From contig JBAUEM010000014.1 in the NCBI GenBank assembly GCA_049678605.1, positions 873-64,872 on the forward strand: 64,000 nt of DNA, given 5' to 3'. This document shows positions 46,373 through 53,275 of the stretch, piece by piece. A program made the position numbers and the translations under genes. The notes beneath the pieces are model-generated. The model did not search any database. It saw only the letters and a list, made by a program, of their open reading frames with translations, and was not told where the DNA came from. Position 1 is the stretch's first letter; every line of letters begins with the position of its first letter. The DNA is from Dehalococcoidia bacterium. GTDB lineage: Bacteria; Chloroflexota; Dehalococcoidia; GIF9; AB-539-J10.

Positions 46373-48808
46373 TCACCTCCTTTTGTTATGCAGGGAGCTA
46401 ACTCCGAAATAGATTATCTTAATTGCAGTTATATCCCCGGTATCTATCATTTCATCTCCATTGGCATCGGCACAGGGCGTTGGGGGGTCTAATGCAAAGT
46501 AAATCCTCTTTACCTTGGTGATGTCCCCGGCGTCTACGACGCCATCCATGTTGGCATCGCCCAGCTTACATGATATCGTCAGGCTTAGAACCTCCTCATC
46601 AGTGTTACCTAGAGCACCGGTGACAGTGACCGTGACATTGAAGCTACCAGCTTCCGCTACCGGAGTTCCTGAGATGACTCCAGCGGCGGAGCAGGTCAAG
46701 CCAGGAGGTAATCCAACTGCATTCCAGGAATAAGGAGTCTTACCGCCGGTGGCTTCAAGGGTGGCCGAGTAGGCATCCCCTACCTTCCCTTCGGGAAGCG
46801 TAGTTGTGGTTATCTCCAGGGCAGGGTACACCTTCAGGGCTAGGTCTGTGCTGTCAGTGTTAGCTGGGTCGAAGGAGTCGGTGACAGTAACCGTGACAGT
46901 GAAGTCACCATCCTCTGTTGGAGTCCCTGAGATGACTCCAGCCGCGGAGCAAGTCAAACGGGCAGGCAATCCAGTCGCCCCCCAGGTATAACCTGGCTTA
47001 CCACCGGTCGCCGTAAGAGTCGCTGAGTAGGCATCCCCTACTTTGCCTTCGGGAAGCTCAGTTGTGGTTATTTCCAGGGGTGGGTATACCTTCAGGGCCA
47101 GGTCTGTGCTGTCAGTGTTAGCTGGGTCGAAGGAGTCGGTAACAGTAACCGTGACGATGAAGTCGCCAGATGCTGTTGGAGTCCCTGAGATGACTCCAAC
47201 GGCGGAGCAATTCAAACCGGCAGGCAGTCCAGTTGCCTCCCAGGTGTAGGGCGGGACGCCGCCCGTGGCCTCCATGGTTTCCTCGTAAGCCTCACCTACC
47301 ACTCCGTCAGACAGGTGGGTGGTGAGGATGGAAAGCTCCACTTCGGTCCTTACTCTCGCCCGAAGGCAGGCATTCCCTTCACTTGTGGCAAGGTCGTCCC
47401 ACGTGCCGACATCCCCACATCTGGCATAAGATACGCCAGTCTGTATTGGCGGGTCAGCAAGCGCCCACCTGGTTTCAACGGGTATAGGGTAATTATAACC
47501 CGGCGTGGTCATATTGAGGGCTATGGTAAACGGCTGGCCACTGGCCAGCGAGACGGGAGAGCTAAGCGGTATAGAGTAGTAACCCAACTCCTGGCAAGTC
47601 CCCGATTGTAACGTGGCCGGGTCGTCGAGGCCATCGGAGATGTCGCCGTCGAGGTACACATAAATATCATACTCGGCGTTGTTGCTGGTGGTCCAGAAGT
47701 CAACGTGGGTGAGGCTGCCATCCTGAGTTGAGGTGAAGATGTTGGCCATCCAGGCGGAGGGCGCACCGCAGCCACCGTCGGCAACCATGCCAGCTTCGTC
47801 CCAGTAGTAGAGCTTCTCATTCGGGTCGTAATCTTTGTACTCGAGGTAGGCTATCTCCTCCATGCAGCTTGAATTGTAGGCTAGCCAGAAATAGCCACTG
47901 TCGCCCCAAGTTGTCCCCCAGCTATTCTTAACTAGCCAGGCACCAGTCCCCCCCGGCGGCTCAAAGTGGGGAACACTGTCATCCCAACCAATAATAGAGA
48001 CGAGATGGTTAGCAGCCGGACATTCATCGCAATCATAAACAGTGCCATAGGTAGCATCAGTGTATACATGCGCTCCATGATGATAGAAAGCCATGGTCAC
48101 AGGTCCCTGGTTATATACCACCTCTTTTATCAAACCGGTTTGGCTTTGGTCGTTGGTTACCAATCTATATCCATTGACTCTCTTAACAGGTGTGCAGTTG
48201 TCACACAGGCAAGCGCCGTTGCACTGCAAACCAGATGAATTGTAAGGATTGCACGACTCTAAAACTGCGCCTTTTTTGATAAAGACTTCGCTAGCGAGCC
48301 AGCTCCATCCACCACCATGAGATGGCTCTATCCCGCAGGGTTCGTCAGAATCATCGTAAAGATAGACCCAAGAACGGTCCACGCATAAAGCCACACTCTG
48401 TTCAGAAAAATCGTACCCTGTATTTTCACCGATCAAAACTGCTGATTCCAAGACAGAGGTAGTGCCAAAAATCCAGCAAGTTCCGCAGGAAAGCTGGTTT
48501 TTTATAGAGGTCACCTTGTCCTGGTCTCTCCAGTCGAAGCTGTCGGGGAGAGCGCCTGATTTCAAGAGACCTCCCGCAGGGATTGCATCGAGGTGGCTCA
48601 GGTCCATAGGCGGAGGAATATAGCCATAGAAAGGCTCCGGTGGCTCCTCCCAGAACTTGACGAAATCAGGATTCAGTGGACCTAGATGGAAAGTGTCATC
48701 TTCCTGGGCCTGGAGGTCGCTCATGCCTGCGGGGGGCATTAGGGCGATAGCAGCAAGCATGACCAGAGAACAAATTATCTTGAGCTTTTTGTCCCGATTA
48801 AGAATCAT
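46373..48808 (-). CDS. Dockerin-bearing papain-family (C1) cysteine protease with lectin-like domain and 3 He_PIG repeats
   Basis: The signal peptide follows the ATG at 48808 (GGAGGAG RBS). Catalytic triad context is NQLSCGTCW (Cys codon 48476-48478), NHLVSIIGWD and LVKNSWGTTWGDSGYFW. Three He_PIG units lie at 46571-47335 and the dockerin at 46403-46570. Confidence 0.88.
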   Translation of the reverse strand: MILNRDKKLKIICSLVMLAAIALMPPAGMSDLQAQEDDTFHLGPLNPDFVKFWEEPPEPFYGYIPPPMDLSHLDAIPAGGLLKSGALPDSFDWRDQDKVTSIKNQLSCGTCWIFGTTSVLESAVLIGENTGYDFSEQSVALCVDRSWVYLYDDSDEPCGIEPSHGGGWSWLASEVFIKKGAVLESCNPYNSSGLQCNGACLCDNCTPVKRVNGYRLVTNDQSQTGLIKEVVYNQGPVTMAFYHHGAHVYTDATYGTVYDCDECPAANHLVSIIGWDDSVPHFEPPGGTGAWLVKNSWGTTWGDSGYFWLAYNSSCMEEIAYLEYKDYDPNEKLYYWDEAGMVADGGCGAPSAWMANIFTSTQDGSLTHVDFWTTSNNAEYDIYVYLDGDISDGLDDPATLQSGTCQELGYYSIPLSSPVSLASGQPFTIALNMTTPGYNYPIPVETRWALADPPIQTGVSYARCGDVGTWDDLATSEGNACLRARVRTEVELSILTTHLSDGVVGEAYEETMEATGGVPPYTWEATGLPAGLNCSAVGVISGTPTASGDFIVTVTVTDSFDPANTDSTDLALKVYPPLEITTTELPEGKVGDAYSATLTATGGKPGYTWGATGLPARLTCSAAGVISGTPTEDGDFTVTVTVTDSFDPANTDSTDLALKVYPALEITTTTLPEGKVGDAYSATLEATGGKTPYSWNAVGLPPGLTCSAAGVISGTPVAEAGSFNVTVTVTGALGNTDEEVLSLTISCKLGDANMDGVVDAGDITKVKRIYFALDPPTPCADANGDEMIDTGDITAIKIIYFGVSSLHNKRR

Positions 48809-48882
48809 GGCTTTGCATCTCCTCCATTGGGCTAACGAAATTTCGTAGCAGTTTAGTTTCCCCAAAACTCTAGCTATAGTTC

Positions 48883-48910
48883 ACAGTATACCACTCCCCC
48901 GCACTGTCAA
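48883..48910 (-). promoter_or_regulatory. Candidate internal promoter for protease-scaffold B-anchor A
   Basis: The minus strand reads TTGACA-16 nt-TACTGT, about 75 nt upstream of the ATG at 48808. Confidence 0.3.
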
Positions 48911-49276
48911 GCGAGCGCCACCAGGCATCGTCACATCTATGCACAAATTTCGACTCAATCGGGACAGGTCGAAAATCCGGATGACAGGACGAAGTAGCTT
49001 TGACATTTGGGTTTGTTGAGGGTCAGGGCTTGTCCCCGAGTTCCAGTATGATTCTCTCTGTCCTGGCTGGGGAGAGTTAGACCCGTCCTTTTCACGAGGC
49101 GTGAACAACCTGTCCTGAAAAGAGCCGAAGAGTGAGACAATTTCAGCCCCATCCTTCGATAAACGCAGGACAGGCTCCTTATCCCTCCCGTCGAGGGACA
49201 GGAAACAGCGGGACTCCGTAGGGGTGGAACTCCCCGACTAAGGCGGAGATGAACTCCGCCCCTACGATTGAGTCCT

Positions 49277-49933
49277 CTATCTTATAGCCCTGCGGCGCCT
49301 TCGCACCAGCAGGCTTGTCCCAACTATGATGGCTGCGCCAACGGCAATCCAGAGCGCCACAATAGCCACCTTACTAATGGGACGAGCAGTACCGCCAACA
49401 GGAGGTGCAGGACCGCTTATGTCCACTGAAGCGCCCATTGTGGTAGTACTAATAGCGAGCGCGTTGCAATCATACATTCCTACCCCTTCCAGGTTGATGA
49501 CGCTACTATCGCCGCCGGAGCCAACAGCATCGAAGTGTATTTGGGCAAGGTAGCCCGTGCCATTGATCCCACACCCGGGTGGGCCCGATATGGTGGCCGC
49601 CACCCTGATTCTTCCTGTATCCGGGCCAGCAGGAATGTAGGACCAGTCGCCTGGAGCTACTTCAACGGCGTGACCATCGATTACGCCGCCTGTGACATCG
49701 GTCGCCGTGATAACTGTTTCGTCATAGGTAACATCGAAGCCGCAGGAGTCGAAGTCCGTCACCCAATCCACAGTCACATTAGCAACGAAGGAGCTTCCCG
49801 CCTCCACCTCAGCCGGGGCATCTATGCCCACCGTCACCGGGCCATTGTCGCCGCCCGTAATAGAAAGTGGCAGCAATGCCAGTGCCAGGCCCAGGCTTAC
49901 TATAATTGCTAAAATGCCTTTTCTATGGTGCAT
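49277..49933 (-). CDS. Anchor protein D: signal peptide + cohesin + C-terminal TM/RRRRR
   Basis: Cohesin at about 49418-49843 (GPVTVGIDAPAEVEAGSSFVANVTVDWVTDFDSCGFDVTYD...). The C-terminus VALWIAVGAAIIVGTSLLVRRRRRAIR is nearly identical in DNA to the 3' end of anchor A. Confidence 0.85.
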   Translation of the reverse strand: MHHRKGILAIIVSLGLALALLPLSITGGDNGPVTVGIDAPAEVEAGSSFVANVTVDWVTDFDSCGFDVTYDETVITATDVTGGVIDGHAVEVAPGDWSYIPAGPDTGRIRVAATISGPPGCGINGTGYLAQIHFDAVGSGGDSSVINLEGVGMYDCNALAISTTTMGASVDISGPAPPVGGTARPISKVAIVALWIAVGAAIIVGTSLLVRRRRRAIR

Positions 49934-49962
49934 AATCTCACCTCCTTGTGTTATGCAGGGAG

Positions 49963-50048
49963 CTAACTAGCTCCGAAGTAGGTTATCCTACTTGCAGTTA
50001 TATCTCCAGTATCTATCTTACCATCTCCATTGACATCGGCACAATTGG
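49963..50048 (-). pseudogene. Orphan dockerin second-half remnant
   Basis: The minus strand encodes TNCADVNGDGKIDTGDITASRITYFGAS-stop, immediately after and out of frame with the scaffold E stop. It duplicates the last 26 codons of a dockerin. Confidence 0.8.
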
Positions 50049-52532
50049 TTATCCAAAGTAGATTATCCTAATTGCAGTTATATCTCCAGTATCTACCTTA
50101 CCATCATCATTGACATCGGCACAATCGGTTGGGGGGTCTATTCCGAAGTAAATCCTCTTTACCTTGGTGATGTCCCCAGTATCTACGACGCCATCTCCAT
50201 TAGCATCGCCCACTATACATACCCACAAGGCTAGAATCTTCTGGTCAATGTTAGGCGTGGTGAACGAATCGGTAACAGTAACTGTGACACTGAAGTTACC
50301 CGACACTGTCGAGTTTCCTGAGATGACTCCAGCCGTGGAGCAAGTTAAGCCGGCGGGTAATCCAGTCGCCCCCCAAGTATGAGGAGTCTTACCACCGGTC
50401 GCCACAAGAGTTGTCGAGTAGGCGTATCCTATCTTTATATTAGGAAGGGAAGTTGTGGTTATCTCCAGAGCGGCATATACCTTCAAGCTTAAAACCTTGT
50501 TAACAATGTTGGGCGGGCTGAACGAATCGGTAGCAGTAACTGTGACACTAAAGTCGCCAGATGCTGTCGGAGTTCCTGAGATGACTACAGCCGTGGAGCA
50601 AGTCAAGCCAGCGGGTAATCCAGTCGCCCCCCAGGTATGAGGAGTCTTACCACCGGTTGCCGTAAGAGTCGCCGAGTAGGGATCTCCTACCTTCGCCTCG
50701 GGAAGAGGAGAAGTTGTGGTTATCTCCAGAGCGGCATATACCTTCAAGGCTAGAATCTTGCTATCTGTATTAGGAGTGGAGAAGGAATCGGTAACAGTAA
50801 CTGTGACACTGAGGTCGCCAAATGCCGTCGGAGTTCCTGAGATGACTCCAGCCGTGGAGCAAGTTAAGCCGGCAGGCAGTCCAGTCGCCACCCAGGTACG
50901 AGGAGTCTTACCGCCAGTGGCCGTAAGAGTCGCCGAGTAGGCATCTCCTACCTTCGCATCAGGAAGAGAAGTCGTGGTTATCTCAAGGGGTGGGTACACC
51001 TTCAAGGCTAGAATCTTGCTATCTGTATTAGGCGTGGAGAAGGAATCGGTAACGGTAACTGTGACACTAAAGTCGCCAGATGCTGTTGGTGTTCCTGAAA
51101 TCACTCCAGCCGTGGAACAAGTTAAGCCAGCAGGTAACCCAGTCGCCCCCCACGTATAACCTGGCTTACCACCGGTCGCCGTAAGAGTCGCCGAGTAGAC
51201 ATCTCCTACCTTCGCCTCAGGAAGAGAAGTTGTGATTATCTCCAGAGCGGGGTATACCTTCAAGGCCAGGTCCTTGCTCTCGCTGTCGGGCGGAGTGGCG
51301 GAATCAGTAACGGTAACTGCGACCGTGAAGTCACCCGACGCCGTTGGAGTTCCTGAGATAACTCCAGCCGTGGAGCAGGTCAAGCCGGCAGGTAATCCGG
51401 TCGCCCCCCAGGTATAAGGAGGCGTACCACCACTTGCCTCAAGAGTCACCGTGTAGGAATCTCCCACCTTCGCCTCGGGGAGTGAGGTCGTGCTTATCTC
51501 AAAATACGATATCCTCAGGCTTAGGACCTCTTCATCAGTGTTAGGCGTGGAGAAGGAATCGGTAACAGTAACCGTGACACTGAAATCACCAGTTGCTGTT
51601 GTAGTTCCTGAGATAACTCCCGCCGTGGAGCAACTTAAGCCGGCAGGTAATCCGGTCGCCCCCCAGGTAAGCGGTGGCTTACCACCAGTCGCCGCGAGAG
51701 TTGCGCTGTAGGGCTCCCCCGGGGTCCCGCTAGGAAGTGCAGTAGTGGTTATCTCAAGGGCAGGATATACCTTCAAAGCTAGACCCTTGCTATCAGTGTC
51801 GGGTGGGCCGGCGGAATCGGTAACAGTAACTGTGACCGTGAAGTCGCCGGATGCCGTTGGAGTTCCTGAGATAACTCCAGCTGTGGAGCAAGTTAAGCCG
51901 GCAGGTAACCCGGTCGCCCCCCAGGTGTAAGGTGGCTGGCCACCAGTGGCCGTAAGAGTCGCCGAGTAGACATCGCCTACCTTCGCCTCGGGAAGTGAAG
52001 TTGTGGTTATGCCCAAGACATCAGCGACATGTACAGAGTCATCCACTGTGGTCGTATCTATCCTGTTAGCCTCATAGTCATACATCCCCACCCCTTCCAG
52101 ATGTATGGCACTGGTTTGGCAACCGTAGCCCACAACATTGAAGTGTATTTGGGCGATGTAGCCTGTGCCAGTGACTCCAGGCCCAGGTATGCCTGCTATG
52201 CCAGTGATCACCCTGATTCTTCCTTGGTCCGGGCCAGAGGGGATATAGAACCAGTCGCCTGGATCTACTTCAACGGTGTGACCATCGATTTCGCCGCCTG
52301 TAACATCGGTCACGGTGATAATTGTTTCGTCATAGGTAACATCGAAGCCGCAGGAGTTGAAGTCCGTCACCCAATCCACAGCCACATCGGCAACGAAGGA
52401 GCTTCCCGGATTCACCTCAGCCGGGGCAACTATGCTCACCGTCACCGTGCCATTGGCGCCAGTAATAGAAATGGGGACCAACGCCAAACAAAAAACTACG
52501 AGCCAGGGTAAAAAATGCCTAAACTTTCCCAT
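50049..52532 (-). CDS. Scaffold protein E: signal peptide + cohesin + 7 He_PIG-like repeats + dockerin
   Basis: Cohesin about 52026-52451 and dockerin at 50052-50219 (GDANGDGVVDTGDITKVKRIYFGIDPPTDCADVNDDGKVDTGDITAIRIIYFG). The architecture is the same as scaffold B. Confidence 0.88.
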   Translation of the reverse strand: MGKFRHFLPWLVVFCLALVPISITGANGTVTVSIVAPAEVNPGSSFVADVAVDWVTDFNSCGFDVTYDETIITVTDVTGGEIDGHTVEVDPGDWFYIPSGPDQGRIRVITGIAGIPGPGVTGTGYIAQIHFNVVGYGCQTSAIHLEGVGMYDYEANRIDTTTVDDSVHVADVLGITTTSLPEAKVGDVYSATLTATGGQPPYTWGATGLPAGLTCSTAGVISGTPTASGDFTVTVTVTDSAGPPDTDSKGLALKVYPALEITTTALPSGTPGEPYSATLAATGGKPPLTWGATGLPAGLSCSTAGVISGTTTATGDFSVTVTVTDSFSTPNTDEEVLSLRISYFEISTTSLPEAKVGDSYTVTLEASGGTPPYTWGATGLPAGLTCSTAGVISGTPTASGDFTVAVTVTDSATPPDSESKDLALKVYPALEIITTSLPEAKVGDVYSATLTATGGKPGYTWGATGLPAGLTCSTAGVISGTPTASGDFSVTVTVTDSFSTPNTDSKILALKVYPPLEITTTSLPDAKVGDAYSATLTATGGKTPRTWVATGLPAGLTCSTAGVISGTPTAFGDLSVTVTVTDSFSTPNTDSKILALKVYAALEITTTSPLPEAKVGDPYSATLTATGGKTPHTWGATGLPAGLTCSTAVVISGTPTASGDFSVTVTATDSFSPPNIVNKVLSLKVYAALEITTTSLPNIKIGYAYSTTLVATGGKTPHTWGATGLPAGLTCSTAGVISGNSTVSGNFSVTVTVTDSFTTPNIDQKILALWVCIVGDANGDGVVDTGDITKVKRIYFGIDPPTDCADVNDDGKVDTGDITAIRIIYFG
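50220..52020 (-). repeat. Array of 7 tandem ~258-bp coding repeats (He_PIG-like units) in scaffold E
   Basis: Same unit as in scaffold B. Antisense ORFs recur at 50455, 50716, 50974, 51232, 51490 and 51745. Confidence 0.9.
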
Positions 52533-52557
52533 CTCTTATCTTTCACCTCCTTTCTTA

Positions 52558-53112
52558 TCAATCGAGTCCCATAATGATTCTTTTTATCTTGGTTATGTCT
52601 CCGGTATCTATAAAGCCGTCCTGATTAGCATCAGCACAGGGCGTTGGGGGGTCCAATCCCATAATGATTCTCTTCACCTTGGTTATGTCCCCGGTATCTA
52701 CCACGCCATCTCCGTTAGCATCGCCAGGGATGCAACCGGGTAGACGCAAGGGATGGTAGACCGTCCCGATCTTTTCAAAGGTACCACTGGCTGCCGCTAT
52801 AACATTGCCTCCATAGTTTACGCTAAAGTATACGGTCTCACCCTCATCGGCCTCATCGCCAGGCACATCTACCCAGTAATATGACACCCCGTGCTGCATA
52901 TAGAGGGTAGCAGGGCACGGCCCAACATAAGGGTCTTCCAGCCAAGCAGTTACCACTGTGCCATCAGGCACATTTTGGTCACCGATAGTCACCGGTCCAA
53001 AAAAGCGGCACTCTGGACCGACGTGAGCGAGAACTATACCAGGCAACAGAGCCAGGACAACCATAGCTACCACCGCAAATAAGTGTAATACCTTTACGTT
53101 GCCTCTTCTCAT
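52558..53112 (-). CDS. Small secreted dockerin protein (unknown ~95-aa domain + dockerin)
   Basis: GAAGGAGGG RBS and a signal peptide. The dockerin at 52561-52734 reads GDANGDGVVDTGDITKVKRIIMGLDPPTPCADANQDGFIDTGDITKIKRIIMGLD. Confidence 0.8.
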   Translation of the reverse strand: MRRGNVKVLHLFAVVAMVVLALLPGIVLAHVGPECRFFGPVTIGDQNVPDGTVVTAWLEDPYVGPCPATLYMQHGVSYYWVDVPGDEADEGETVYFSVNYGGNVIAAASGTFEKIGTVYHPLRLPGCIPGDANGDGVVDTGDITKVKRIIMGLDPPTPCADANQDGFIDTGDITKIKRIIMGLD

Positions 53113-53199
53113 CCCTTTTTCCCTCCTTCACATAAGACTGATTAGCGACTGCCAATCTGAACTAGAGAGCTCATTTTGGCCTCAAACATAAACATAGGG

Positions 53200-53233
53200 T
53201 ATAGGCAGCCCCAGAAATCTGGGACTGCCTATA
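53200..53233 (-). terminator. Stem-loop between the 1201-aa gene and the small dockerin gene (weak terminator or processing site)
   Basis: TATAGGCAGCCCC...GGG(A)CTGCCTATA forms a roughly 13-bp interrupted stem. The downstream minus-strand tract CCCUAUGUUUAUGUU is only moderately U-rich. Confidence 0.3.
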
Positions 53234-53275
53234 CAACTCATTCAGCTAAGGGCATTAACTTACCCACGCCAGAGA

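Noticed and set aside
48881-49152. ORFs of 65-75 aa in the gap between anchor D and the protease gene.
   Set aside because: The region is repeat-rich, there is no RBS, and the frames overlap. The gap more likely holds a terminator hairpin (ggcggag-ttcat-ctccgcc near 49240-49262) and an internal promoter.
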